Shown piece by piece: positions 18,510-28,399 of a DNA stretch of 64,000 bases. The stretch lies in the NCBI GenBank assembly GCA_965368975.1, contig CBDUPA010000017.1, positions 32,001-96,000 of the forward strand, in the 5' to 3' direction. The notes beneath the pieces were generated by a model, which worked only from the letters and a program-made list of their open reading frames with translations, searched no databases and was not told where the DNA came from. The DNA is from an uncultured bacterium (GTDB lineage: Bacteria > Acidobacteriota > Thermoanaerobaculia > Multivoradales > JAHZIX01). Both the position numbers and the translations under genes were made by a program. Every line of letters starts with the position of its first letter. The stretch's first letter is position 1.

Positions 18510-20087
18510 ATGATGACATTCCGCATCCTCCGTAGCGTCGCGGCGAGGTCGATCCTCGCTGTGGTTCCGCTCATGGCAGCCTTGGGCTTCGTCTCGCAGG
18601 CGGTGCCGGCGCTTGCCGGACCCGCGGCGCTACAGAGCTCGACTTCCGTGGGTTCGGAGGTCGTTCGGGGGACTGCGCCGGCCGCGACGGAGCTGGCGCA
18701 GCGCCAGCAGGCGCTGTCACAGTGGCTGGTCGATCGTGCCGGGGCACTCTCGTCAGCGCCAGCGGTTGTCGAGCTGCCGGAAGAGGAGCGCCAGCGCTTG
18801 GCAGAAGCGGTGCCGGCGCAAGGGCGCTTGCGGGTCGGGAGTGTGCTGTCGGTAGGGTTGAAGATTCACGCGACGGGGTCAGGGTCGGAAGGTGCAGACG
18901 TGGGGCAAGAGCTTCCGTTTGGCTGGCTACGCTCGGATGGGCAGGAGCACGTGTGGACCGGCATCGTCCGTTCGCCAGGCGCGACAGGGCTGCGCCTGCA
19001 CCTGGGGAATGTTCGTCTACCGCCTGCAGCCGAGTTGTATGTGTACAGCACGCGGGGCGAGGCCTTCGGCCCCTACACTGGCCGCGGTCCCAACCAGGAC
19101 GGGGAGGTGTGGACGCACACGATTCTCGGCGACGAGATCCGGCTGCAGCTGCACTGGCAGGCGCAGGCTGAAGGTCAGTTGCACCGCACCGATCGCTCGC
19201 CGATGGTGATCCGCGAGGTCCTCCACCTGGGTGAGAACTTCTTGCTCGGGCGCATGGCACAGGAGAACACCGACGACAAGGCTTTCTGTAACTTCAACGC
19301 GTCGTGTATCGAGAACGCCGCATGCTCGACGATTCCCGCCGCGATCACGGCAGCTCGCAACGGCATGGCGCATCTGCAGTTCGTGGTGGGTGGCGGTGGG
19401 TTCATCTGTTCGGGAGGCTTGCTCAACGATACCGACGGTTCGACGCAGATTCCCTACCTGTTGACGGCCAATCACTGCTTCGACACTCAGGCTTCCGCCA
19501 CCAGCCTGGAAGCCTACTTCCAGTTCACCACCAGTTGCGGCGGTAGCTGCAGCCTCGGTGGCTCCGTGCCGCGCACCGTCGGTTCGACCCTGCTGGCGAG
19601 CGCGGCGAGCAGCGACTACACCTTGGTGCAGCTCAGCCAGAATCCGCCAGCGGGCAGTGTCTTGGTGGGGTGGAACTCGGCAGCTGTCGCCAACTCGAAC
19701 GGCACGCAGCTCTACCGAATCAGTCATCCGGCAGGGGCGCCGCAGGCCTATTCCGAACAGCAGGTGGATACGTCTGCGGGAACCTGCGGTGGTATCCCGC
19801 GAGGGGCTTGGATCTACAGCAGCGACAACTTCGGCGCGACGGAGGGCGGCAGCTCTGGCTCGCCGGTGTTGAATGCCAGCGGCCAGGTGGTCGGGCAGCT
19901 GACCGGGGCCTGTGGCCTGAATCCGAGCAACCCCTGTTCTGCCCTGAATGCGACGATCGACGGCGCGCTCGCTGCCTACTTTGCCAGCGTTTCTGCCTGG
20001 CTGGATCCGGTACCGGTCGGTGATCCGATCTTCAGTGACGACTTCGAGGCCAACAATCTCAACAAGTGGGCGGACATCTTTCCTTGA
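18510..20087 (+). CDS. Paralogous secreted trypsin-like serine protease with IFSDDFE C-terminal tail
   Basis: TANHC / DYTLV / GGSSGSP; visibly similar to 16545..18272; GAGGAG RBS before ATG 18510/18513. Confidence 0.88.
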   Translation: MMTFRILRSVAARSILAVVPLMAALGFVSQAVPALAGPAALQSSTSVGSEVVRGTAPAATELAQRQQALSQWLVDRAGALSSAPAVVELPEEERQRLAEAVPAQGRLRVGSVLSVGLKIHATGSGSEGADVGQELPFGWLRSDGQEHVWTGIVRSPGATGLRLHLGNVRLPPAAELYVYSTRGEAFGPYTGRGPNQDGEVWTHTILGDEIRLQLHWQAQAEGQLHRTDRSPMVIREVLHLGENFLLGRMAQENTDDKAFCNFNASCIENAACSTIPAAITAARNGMAHLQFVVGGGGFICSGGLLNDTDGSTQIPYLLTANHCFDTQASATSLEAYFQFTTSCGGSCSLGGSVPRTVGSTLLASAASSDYTLVQLSQNPPAGSVLVGWNSAAVANSNGTQLYRISHPAGAPQAYSEQQVDTSAGTCGGIPRGAWIYSSDNFGATEGGSSGSPVLNASGQVVGQLTGACGLNPSNPCSALNATIDGALAAYFASVSAWLDPVPVGDPIFSDDFEANNLNKWADIFP

Positions 20088-20144
20088 ATCGTCGATGCTA
20101 GCGATGCGGTTTGGGAGGTGGTCCGAGGCCCGTCACAAGGCCGG

Positions 20145-21494
20145 TCAGCGCACCATGACCAGCATGCGCACCAGCCCCTCGCGGCTCGGGCTGTCGCCGC
20201 CGTCAAAACTCTCTAGTGCTTTGCCGAGCACGGCGCCGAAGGCGCGCTGGCGGTCGGCGGCGCGCATGGCGATGCCGGGGCGGTCCGAGGGCACTAGCAG
20301 GTCACCCGGGCGCACTGGGCCGCCTTCACTGTTGACGCGCACGTAGATCTGGCCGTTGAGCGCCACCGGAAGGTCTGTTGACCCGTCCTCGCGTGCCCCG
20401 AGTACCAGGCCTGGCTGCAGGCCGCCAGCACCGCTGACGACACCGATCACGCGCGGATCGTAGGCTTCGCTCGAAGGTGCCAGGCGACCGTCGTCGGTGA
20501 TCGCCAGCACGGTGCCGGGTACAACGCCGTCGCGCCGCGTCAGCTCGAACACCTCTGCCTGATCCTTGACGTTGACGCCGTTGAGTACGATTTTGCCCTC
20601 GCCGGAGAGCCAGAGCTTGATCTCGCCATTGGCATCGTACAAGTGGACTTCGCCGTTGCCGTTCTCATCGACACTCAGGAGCAAGCGCCGCTCGCCGTCG
20701 GCGTTGTTGATTTGCAGCGCGCCGTGGCCGCTGTCGAAGGCGAAGAGGCTGCCAGCCCGTTGTTCCTGGCTGTTGTGGATGGCCAGCAGCCCTCCACCGG
20801 CGGTACGACTGAACACCAGGAGTTTGCCGAGTTGCTCCAGCTGCGCCTCGAACTCGCTCTGCAGCTCGTGGGCGCGTGCCTCCAACCGTGCCAAGACCTC
20901 TTCCTGGCCAGCGCGGCGCATGTCACGCTCGAGATGAGTGATCGCGGTGGCTTGGGTCTCCAGCATCAGGCGCACGTCCGCCACGTGTTCGCGCAAGCGG
21001 GGCACCTCGCCGCAGCAGTCGGTGCCGCGCACCACGGTCGGGGGGGAGGCTGTGCCGCCGCGTTGGCGCAGCTGACGCACCTGGCGCTGCAGTTCTTCGA
21101 GGCCGGCGTCCATGGCTTCGACCTGCTGACGCAGGCCCGCGAGGGCTGCGGGTGTGCCACTGGCTTGATTGCCGGCGGAGGTGTCGCGGGAGGTCCCGGC
21201 AGCTGGCTGGGAGCCGGCGCGTGCGAGGCGGTCGAGGCGGTCGGCGAAGGCGCTCAGTTCGGCGCGGACCTCGCTGAGCTCGCCACGGAGGGCACTGAGT
21301 TCCTGGTCGTGCTGGGCCAAGGCCTTGTCGTGCTCGTCCAGGCGGGTGCCAATGCCCACTCGGCCTTGCTGTGCCTGCAGGGAGCCGGTGGCCAGCACCG
21401 CTAGCGCGAGCAGCAGTGCCAGAAGTCGGGCTGGGCCGTTGTTGAGTAGCCCAGAAAGGTGGAGAGCGAGACCTCGCAAGGTCGGTCGATGCAT
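20145..21494 (-). CDS. Secreted coiled-coil protein with C-terminal intramolecular-chaperone-like (peptidase G2/S74-type) domain
   Basis: Signal peptide, heptad-rich stalk, then DQAEVF...YDPRVIGVVSGAG...PVALNGQIYVRV...GDLLV...LGKAL. Confidence 0.6.
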   Translation of the reverse strand: MHRPTLRGLALHLSGLLNNGPARLLALLLALAVLATGSLQAQQGRVGIGTRLDEHDKALAQHDQELSALRGELSEVRAELSAFADRLDRLARAGSQPAAGTSRDTSAGNQASGTPAALAGLRQQVEAMDAGLEELQRQVRQLRQRGGTASPPTVVRGTDCCGEVPRLREHVADVRLMLETQATAITHLERDMRRAGQEEVLARLEARAHELQSEFEAQLEQLGKLLVFSRTAGGGLLAIHNSQEQRAGSLFAFDSGHGALQINNADGERRLLLSVDENGNGEVHLYDANGEIKLWLSGEGKIVLNGVNVKDQAEVFELTRRDGVVPGTVLAITDDGRLAPSSEAYDPRVIGVVSGAGGLQPGLVLGAREDGSTDLPVALNGQIYVRVNSEGGPVRPGDLLVPSDRPGIAMRAADRQRAFGAVLGKALESFDGGDSPSREGLVRMLVMVR

Positions 21495-21652
21495 GATCAG
21501 ACACCTCTGGCCGTCAGGGCCGTCGAGCAGGAATAGACGTGGACAGACGATGCCTTGTTCCTACCCGTGTCGTCAAGTCGCCTGGTGTCGAGGGTGCCTT
21601 GCTCCACGGAGTGCTAGGTTCCAGGGGAGGCTCTTCCCCGGGGGACCTAGGC

Positions 21653-23299
21653 TCACGGACATTCGTAGGTGAGATCGTTGAGCGTGATGCGCTGGCCCCC
21701 CCACACCTCGTCGATCGTGCACACATCTTCCAGTTCCGGTAGCAGTTCCGCCGCTGCTGGCGGTCCCTCGGGACCATGGACGACCCGCAACATGCTGGGC
21801 GTCAGCTGTTCGTTGGCGCCGACATGGATCACGTACAGCTTCAGGTAGAGTCCTGGCGGTCGGGGCATCCAGAAATCGTAGGTGCCGAGCAAGGCGGCCA
21901 AGATGAGGATCAGGACGGCGGCGCCTGCGAGAGGGCGGCGGCTGAGAGCGCCGACGAGTCGAGGGCGCGTTCCCGACTGGCGTGCACCTCGGGCCTGGGG
22001 GCTCGGTGGTGTCGGCAGCTCGGGGCGCGTGGTCTTCAGCGTTGTGTCGTCCTGCCAGTGCTTCGCCGTGCGGGGGCTCAGTTCACTGAGTTCCGGCGCT
22101 GGTGGTGCGTCGTCCGGACTCGCGGGGGTGACGATGGGGATCTCGACGCGCGGTGCCGTCTTGGTCTGGGCACCCGCGCCCGAGGTCGAAGCCGCGTTCC
22201 CGCCCTGTCGCTGCGCTCGCTGCTGCGGCCCCGGTCGAGGTCGCTGTCGAGGCCGCAACTCGCGCGCCACGGGCGCTGAGGGCTGCCGCCGGCGTACCGG
22301 TGTCTCGTCCCAATCCTCGCCCGTCGGCTGTAGGTCGGGAGAGCGTTGCCGCTCGATGGCGCGCCGCAGCTGACGCCGGAAGGCTTCGGCGTTCTTTGGC
22401 CGCTGCCGCACCGGTACCGCCATGGCCTGCTCGATGGTCGAGCAGAAGTCGGGCGACAGCTGGGGTACCAGCGCCTTGAGCGGTGACAGGGGCTCGCTGC
22501 TCAAGCGTCGATCCAGCGCGTCGGGTGGTTGTCGGCCGCTGGTCATGCGGTAGAGCGTGGCGGCGACACCGTAGACATCGGTCCACGGTCCCTGTCGGTC
22601 GTCCTCCTGTGCCGGGTCCGCCACATACTGCTCGGGTGCCGCGAAGCCCCGGCTGACCAAGCGTGTCGGGTTGCCGCTGCGCTCGCCGAGGGTGATGCGG
22701 GCGGCGCCGAAGTCGAGCAGGATCGGGCGGTCGTCGTCGGTCAGGTAGATGTTCTGTGGCTTGACGTCGCGGTGGATCATGCCCTCCGCCTGCACCGTGC
22801 ACAAGGCGTCGAGCACCGGTAGGATCAGCTCGACCGCGCGCTTCTCTGGCACTCGGCCGCCTTCTTCGAGCAGATAGGCGTCGAGGGTGCGGCCGCGGTA
22901 GTACTGCATCACCATGTAGGCGGTGCCGTGCTGGCGGAAGAAGACACGCACGCCGACGATGTGCGGGTGCTCGAAGCGGGCCAGGCGCCGAGCCTCGTCG
23001 ACGAAGGCCTCGAGGCCGAGCTGGAACAGCTCGGCGTTGAGGGGCGAGTCCGGTTCGACGGTCAAGCCGTCCCGCCCGCGCGCCGCCAGTTCGCGCGGCA
23101 GGTACTCCTTGATCGCCACCTCGAGGTCGAGTGCCACGTCCTTGGCCAGGTAGGTGATCCCGAAGCCGCCGGGCTCGCCGAGCACGCGCCCGAGCACGTA
23201 CTTGCCACCGTCCAGTTCGGTGCCTGGCTGCAGGGCCTGACGGAAGGCACCGGGTGGCGGCGAGCCAAGATCGTTTGTGGCGGAATCAGACAGCGTCAT
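21653..23299 (-). CDS. Hanks-type Ser/Thr protein kinase with TM helix and small extracellular domain
   Basis: GGFGITY, VAIKE, HRDVKPQN, DFG, APEQ; Pro-rich linker; TM AVLILILAALL. Confidence 0.92.
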   Translation of the reverse strand: MTLSDSATNDLGSPPPGAFRQALQPGTELDGGKYVLGRVLGEPGGFGITYLAKDVALDLEVAIKEYLPRELAARGRDGLTVEPDSPLNAELFQLGLEAFVDEARRLARFEHPHIVGVRVFFRQHGTAYMVMQYYRGRTLDAYLLEEGGRVPEKRAVELILPVLDALCTVQAEGMIHRDVKPQNIYLTDDDRPILLDFGAARITLGERSGNPTRLVSRGFAAPEQYVADPAQEDDRQGPWTDVYGVAATLYRMTSGRQPPDALDRRLSSEPLSPLKALVPQLSPDFCSTIEQAMAVPVRQRPKNAEAFRRQLRRAIERQRSPDLQPTGEDWDETPVRRRQPSAPVARELRPRQRPRPGPQQRAQRQGGNAASTSGAGAQTKTAPRVEIPIVTPASPDDAPPAPELSELSPRTAKHWQDDTTLKTTRPELPTPPSPQARGARQSGTRPRLVGALSRRPLAGAAVLILILAALLGTYDFWMPRPPGLYLKLYVIHVGANEQLTPSMLRVVHGPEGPPAAAELLPELEDVCTIDEVWGGQRITLNDLTYECP

Positions 23300-23443
23300 G
23301 GTGCGAGGGGCGGCACTCTTGTCGTTACAGGTTCCGAAGATCAGGGACCGAGGACGCGGAGCGAGAACACGGAGCGAGAGAACGGAGTCCTAGTCTACCA
23401 GGGTGTCGTAGCGCACCAGAAAACAGGTTGATAGGCTCAGCCA

Positions 23444-25753
23444 ATGAGCCGACTTACTGTCAGATGGATGTTGCTGCCCCTCTGGTTTCCGCTGCTCTTG
23501 GTCGTGGCGAGCCCGGTCAGAGCGGAGCCGGAGCCGCGCGGTGCAGCGCACAGCGTGCGGCAGCTCCAGCAGCAACTCGACGAGTTTACCGAGCGCTACC
23601 TGGAACTCCACCCACTGGTCGCGACGCTGGTCGGGGACGCGCGTTATGCGGACCGCTTGCCGATCCCGACCGCCGAGTATCGCGCCCAGGTGGTCGCTTT
23701 CTACGACCAGCATCTCGCGCGTCTGGCGGCCTTGCCAGTGCCCGTGTCGAACACCGACGCTCGCCTGACCTACGACGTCTTCGCGCTCGATCTGCGCCGC
23801 GAGCGCGCCGCCCTCGACATCCCCGACCACCTGCTGCCGCTGTCGCATTGGCTCGACAGCCTGCCCAACTACCTGCCCCAGCTGGCCGCCGGCGACGCCG
23901 CGCAGCCCCTGTCGACAGCTGCTGACCACGAACGGTTCCTGCGCCGCCTGCACGCCTTCCCGGTGTGGGTCGATGCCGCCCTGGCCAACCTGCGGCAGGG
24001 ACTGGAGCAGGGCATCGTGCAGTCGTGCGACATCAGCCGGCGCGCACTGCCTCAACTAGCCACGCAGCTGGTCGACGACCCCCGGGACAGTCCTTTCTTT
24101 CGTGTCGTGACGCACTTGCCGTCGGGACTCGGCCCCGACGATCGCGGCCGCTTGAGCGCTGCCTACGAGCAGGTGATCCGCGAACAGTTGGTGCCTGCCT
24201 ACCGCCGTCTGCACGACTTCGTGCGCGATGTCTACCTGCCGCGCTGCCGCGAGTCCCTCTCCTGGGGGGACCTGCCCGGAGGGGGCTCTCTACCCGATGG
24301 TGACACTTGGTACCGGCGGCTGGTGGCACACCACACCACCACAGACTTGACACCGGACGAGATCTTTGATCTCGGTGTGCGCGAAGCGGCACGCATCCGG
24401 CGCAACATGCAGCTACTGCTACGCCGCCTGGGCTTCCAGGATTTTCGTAGCTTCTTCGCCGACATGGGGAGGCGCCGTGGCCTCTACCTCCAGCATCCGG
24501 AGGAGGTGCTGGCCGAGTACCAGCGTCTGGACACGCAGATCCGGACGCGGCTGCCAGAGCTGTTTCCCGCGCTGCCGGGCACGCCGCTGGAGGTTCGCCC
24601 GGTGAGTGCCGAGCTGGCCGCGGCTGCGCCGGGTGGGTACTACACCCGGCCCACGGCCGATGGTGCCCGTCCCGGCATCTTCTGGGTCAATACCGGTATC
24701 GGTGGCGGGTTCTATCCGCGCTTCATCATGGAGTCGCTCTTCCTTCACGAAGGCCTGCCCGGCCATCACTACCAGGCCGCCTTGATGCAGGAGGATACCG
24801 GCCTACCGGCCTACCGGCGTTTCACCCAGACCACCGCCTTCGTCGAGGGCTGGGCCCTGTACGCCGAGACCCTGGGCGAAGACCTGGGCCTCTATCGCGA
24901 CCCCTACCAGCAGTGGGGTGCCTTGGCGTCCGACATGCTGCGCGCCGCCCGCCTGGTCGGCGACGTCGGCCTGCACCACAAGCGCTGGACCCGCGAGCAG
25001 ACCGAGCGCTATCTGACCCGCTGCTGCCTCGGGCTGGGCATCTCCGAGATCGACCGCTGGGCGGTCATTCCAGCACAGGGACTGGCCTACAAGGTGGGGC
25101 AGTTGCGCTTCCTGGAGCTGCGTGAGCGTGCCGAGGAGGTCCTGGACGATCGCTTCGACGTGCGTGAGTTCCACCGGCAAGTGCTGGCCCATGGTGCGCT
25201 GCCGCTCGACTTGTTGGAGCAGCAGGTCGACGCCTGGTTGGCTTCACGGGGCACGAGCGACGAGAGCGAAGGTGAGTGGGTGTCTTGCGACCTCTTCCCG
25301 CCCGAGGACGAGCCCATTGCCGACTGTGCACGGCGCACACCGCAGGGTGTCCTCGAGGTGCGGTCCGAGATCGCCGAGGACGCTTCAGTGCTGATTCTCG
25401 AGGGGCGTCTCCACTTCGTCGCGGCTACGGGGAAGACCGCGGCTGCCTACGTCTTCGACAACGGTCCGGACTACTTCGTCGAGGGGCTGGCGCGCTTCGT
25501 TCGCGATGACAAGATCGGTTTCGTCAACGAGCAGCTGGAGCGCGTCGTGCCCGCCGAGTGGGACTTCGCTTTCCCCTTCGAGGGCGGCGTCGCGAGGGTC
25601 TGTCGCGGTTGCCGGCTGGAGCCGGTCTCACCCGGCGACGAGCATCGGAGCCCGGTGGGCGGCAAGTGGGGTTATGTCGACCCGCAGGGACGTGTGGTAG
25701 TCGCGGTCGAGTACGAGCTGGACGAGCTACCGGCGCCGTCTGGGTCGCTCTAA
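23444..25753 (+). CDS. DUF885-family secreted protein fused to a WG-repeat-like domain
   Basis: HEGLPGHHYQ, AFVEGWALYAE, QGLAYKVG; C-terminal DNGPDYFVEGLAR...KIGF...GKWGYVD. Confidence 0.8.
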   Translation: MSRLTVRWMLLPLWFPLLLVVASPVRAEPEPRGAAHSVRQLQQQLDEFTERYLELHPLVATLVGDARYADRLPIPTAEYRAQVVAFYDQHLARLAALPVPVSNTDARLTYDVFALDLRRERAALDIPDHLLPLSHWLDSLPNYLPQLAAGDAAQPLSTAADHERFLRRLHAFPVWVDAALANLRQGLEQGIVQSCDISRRALPQLATQLVDDPRDSPFFRVVTHLPSGLGPDDRGRLSAAYEQVIREQLVPAYRRLHDFVRDVYLPRCRESLSWGDLPGGGSLPDGDTWYRRLVAHHTTTDLTPDEIFDLGVREAARIRRNMQLLLRRLGFQDFRSFFADMGRRRGLYLQHPEEVLAEYQRLDTQIRTRLPELFPALPGTPLEVRPVSAELAAAAPGGYYTRPTADGARPGIFWVNTGIGGGFYPRFIMESLFLHEGLPGHHYQAALMQEDTGLPAYRRFTQTTAFVEGWALYAETLGEDLGLYRDPYQQWGALASDMLRAARLVGDVGLHHKRWTREQTERYLTRCCLGLGISEIDRWAVIPAQGLAYKVGQLRFLELRERAEEVLDDRFDVREFHRQVLAHGALPLDLLEQQVDAWLASRGTSDESEGEWVSCDLFPPEDEPIADCARRTPQGVLEVRSEIAEDASVLILEGRLHFVAATGKTAAAYVFDNGPDYFVEGLARFVRDDKIGFVNEQLERVVPAEWDFAFPFEGGVARVCRGCRLEPVSPGDEHRSPVGGKWGYVDPQGRVVVAVEYELDELPAPSGSL

Positions 25754-25754
25754 G

Positions 25755-26102
25755 CTACTGTTGCGACTTGGACGTATTGCTCTCGCCCTTGGTCGGCTTC
25801 GCGTCGCTCTTGCTGTCGGAAGAGCTCGAGCCGCTGTCCGACTTGCTGTCGCTGGAACTACTGCTGTCGGACGTGCCGCCAGAATCGCCGCTGGAGCTGG
25901 ACGACGAGCCGGCGCCCTTCTTGTTCTTGTCGGCGTAGTCGGTAACGTACCAGCCGCTACCCTTGAACTTGAAGGCCGGGGCGGACACCAGCTTGCGCGT
26001 CTCGCCCTCGCACTCGGGGCAGGGCGGCGCGGGGTCGTTGAGCTTCTGCAGGACTTCCGTACGGTGATGGCACTTGGTGCATTCGTATTCGTACAGTGGC
26101 AT
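25755..26102 (-). CDS. FmdB-family zinc-ribbon protein
   Basis: MPLYEYECTKC...CPEC...FKGSGWYVTDY plus Ser-rich tail. Confidence 0.92.
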   Translation of the reverse strand: MPLYEYECTKCHHRTEVLQKLNDPAPPCPECEGETRKLVSAPAFKFKGSGWYVTDYADKNKKGAGSSSSSSGDSGGTSDSSSSSDSKSDSGSSSSDSKSDAKPTKGESNTSKSQQ

Positions 26103-26211
26103 GACGGTCTCCTGCGCGGTCGGTCGTGACAGCTGGAGCTGGACGGATCGCCGCGCTCGAGGTGATCAGAGCACAGGGTCTGGGTTGGGGGGGGGCTGCG
26201 GGTACGCTGGA

Positions 26212-26979
26212 TCAGGCGTCGGGTTCGACGTTGATCTTCATCACGCCGCCACCGGTTTCTTCTTCGGAGCGGCGGCGGATCAGTTGCAGGACCTGGAAGG
26301 CGTAGAGCAGCTTGGCGTTCTCGGGTGGCGCCATGGGGCCGTTGGAGCAGATGTGGTACAAGCTGCGCTTGCCGTTGATCAGCTCCAGCAATTCGTACTC
26401 GGTCTCGTCGAGGGCCAGTTCGATGATGTCCTCGATCGAGTAGTCCGGCGCGAACATGGTTTCTTTCTTGCCCAGACGGTTGATCAGCGACTTGGCGTTG
26501 GGGGCCTGCTTGATGCCCTGCAGGATCACCTGGCGCATGGGTAGCTGGATGCGCATCATCCCGGCTTCCTTGAACTCGCCGATGCTGAAGGTGACCTTAC
26601 CCTCGTCGAGGTAGAAGAGGCTCCACACGATCGACTCGATCTGCTCGCGGATGACTTCGTAGACCTCGTCCGGCGGCAGAATGTGTCGCTCGACCAGCAG
26701 TGCACCGTAGCGCTTGTTGAGCTTCTCGCGCTCGCGCATGGTGGCGGCGAAGACCTCGGTGGTCAGGCGGCCGGTGCGGTGCAGATAGTCTCCCAGGCTG
26801 TCTTCGCGGTCACTGGAGGACGCGTGGATGACGTTGCCTTCCTTGATGTAGATGCGCTTGACCACGTTCTCGCGAGTGACTTCGATCACGCCGGGAACCT
26901 GGAAACGGTCAATGGTGAACAGCATCTCCGGCAGCGCGGACTTGGAGAGGTCGCCTCGATATTGAAAATTGCGTTCCAC
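26212..26979 (-). CDS. DUF4388 (PATAN-like) domain protein
   Basis: GDLSKSALPEML, IYIKEGNVIHASS, SLGDYL, GALLVE, G.VTF pattern. Confidence 0.75.
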   Translation of the reverse strand: MERNFQYRGDLSKSALPEMLFTIDRFQVPGVIEVTRENVVKRIYIKEGNVIHASSSDREDSLGDYLHRTGRLTTEVFAATMREREKLNKRYGALLVERHILPPDEVYEVIREQIESIVWSLFYLDEGKVTFSIGEFKEAGMMRIQLPMRQVILQGIKQAPNAKSLINRLGKKETMFAPDYSIEDIIELALDETEYELLELINGKRSLYHICSNGPMAPPENAKLLYAFQVLQLIRRRSEEETGGGVMKINVEPDA

Positions 26980-27062
26980 GGTGTCTCTTCAGGGGACCAG
27001 AGGTTCAAGGGAAGTGCCGCGCGCGTCTGGGCACGCAACTCATTGAGTATAGCATTGCGGTT

Positions 27063-28388
27063 ATGGAAACCACTGCTCCCAATGCCGCTCCCGCCTCCGG
27101 GTCCGCAGAGTCACACGGCCGCTTGCTACCCGGGCCGGAAGCCTGGCAACGCCTGGACCGCTTCTTACGGCCGCTGCCGGCGCAGCGCATCGAGCGCCTG
27201 CGTGCTCTTGACCGGGTGCTGGCCGCACCGCTGTGTGCCCGCGTCGACGTGCCGGCGCTCGACGTTTCGGCGATGGACGGCTTCGCCCTGGCGGGGGAGA
27301 CCCCGGGTGGCGGCGGTGAGGGTTCCGGGGTGCGCTTGCCGGTCGTCGGTACGGTGGCGGCGGGTGACGCACCCGGCGCCGAGTTACCGGCCGGCAGCGC
27401 GCTGCGCATCTTCACCGGCGCACCGGTACCGGCCGGGGCGGACCGCGTGGTGATCGTCGAGTCGACGGTGCCGGTATCTGAAGAAGATGGAGCCGTTGAC
27501 GCTGCGAGGGACGCTGCGCACGAAGAGATCCTGGTGCAGGCGTGGCCCGCGGCGGGCGCCAACATCCGGCGCCGCGGCGAGGTCCTGACGGCGGGTGCTG
27601 GTCTTCTCGGTCAGGGGGCGCTGGTGACCCCCGGTGGCCTGGGCCTGCTGGCGACGCACGGTTACGGGGAGGTTCCGATCCACCGGCCGCCGCGCGTGGC
27701 ACTGCTGCCCACTGGCGACGAGGTCGTACCGCCGGAGCAGGAACCGGCACCCGGGCAGCTGCGCGACAGCCACACCGACTTCCTGCTCGGTGCCGGGGTG
27801 TCCCTGGGCCTGCGCTTCTTCCCGCTTGGCATCGCGCCGGACGAGCCCGAGCGTTTACGCGAGTTGATCCGCCAGGGTCTGCACTACGACGTGCTCGTGC
27901 TCACCGGCGGTGTGTCAGTGGGCGAGCGCGACCTGGTGGCCGGCATGCTACGCGAGCTGGGTTGCGAGATCTTGTTCCGTCGGCTCGCTATCCAGCCGGC
28001 CAAGCCGGTCCTGGCAGCGGTGCACGGCGGGGGGCTGGTGTTCGGCTTGCCGGGCAACCCGGCGTCGGCGATGGTCGGCTTCTGGCTCTTCGTCCGGCCG
28101 GCGCTGCGGCGCCTGATGGGGTACAAGGACGGCTATCTCGAAGGGGTGCTGCAGGGGGAGCTGATGGCTCCTCTACCTGGCGCCAAAGGCCGTGACCGAT
28201 TCCTCCCGTCGCGGATTGCTTTCCGCGCCGGTCGTCTGGAGGTGACACCGGTTCCGCCGGTGGGTTCGCACGATGTCGCCGCCTATGCCTGCGGCACGGC
28301 GCTGGCGCGCATTCCCGCGCACGCGAAGCCGAAGTCAGCAGGGGAGATGTGCGAGGTGTTACCGCTGGTCGACTGGCGTTCCGGCTAA
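27063..28388 (+). CDS. moeA: Molybdopterin molybdotransferase MoeA
   Basis: SAMDGFA, IFTGAPVP.GAD, TGDEV, TGGVSVG, FGLPGNP. Confidence 0.93.
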   Translation: METTAPNAAPASGSAESHGRLLPGPEAWQRLDRFLRPLPAQRIERLRALDRVLAAPLCARVDVPALDVSAMDGFALAGETPGGGGEGSGVRLPVVGTVAAGDAPGAELPAGSALRIFTGAPVPAGADRVVIVESTVPVSEEDGAVDAARDAAHEEILVQAWPAAGANIRRRGEVLTAGAGLLGQGALVTPGGLGLLATHGYGEVPIHRPPRVALLPTGDEVVPPEQEPAPGQLRDSHTDFLLGAGVSLGLRFFPLGIAPDEPERLRELIRQGLHYDVLVLTGGVSVGERDLVAGMLRELGCEILFRRLAIQPAKPVLAAVHGGGLVFGLPGNPASAMVGFWLFVRPALRRLMGYKDGYLEGVLQGELMAPLPGAKGRDRFLPSRIAFRAGRLEVTPVPPVGSHDVAAYACGTALARIPAHAKPKSAGEMCEVLPLVDWRSG

Positions 28389-28399
28389 CGAGGCTGGGG

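Noticed and set aside
26187-26195. Poly-G run as a phase-variation site
   Set aside because: Intergenic single run with no evidence of promoter overlap or length variation
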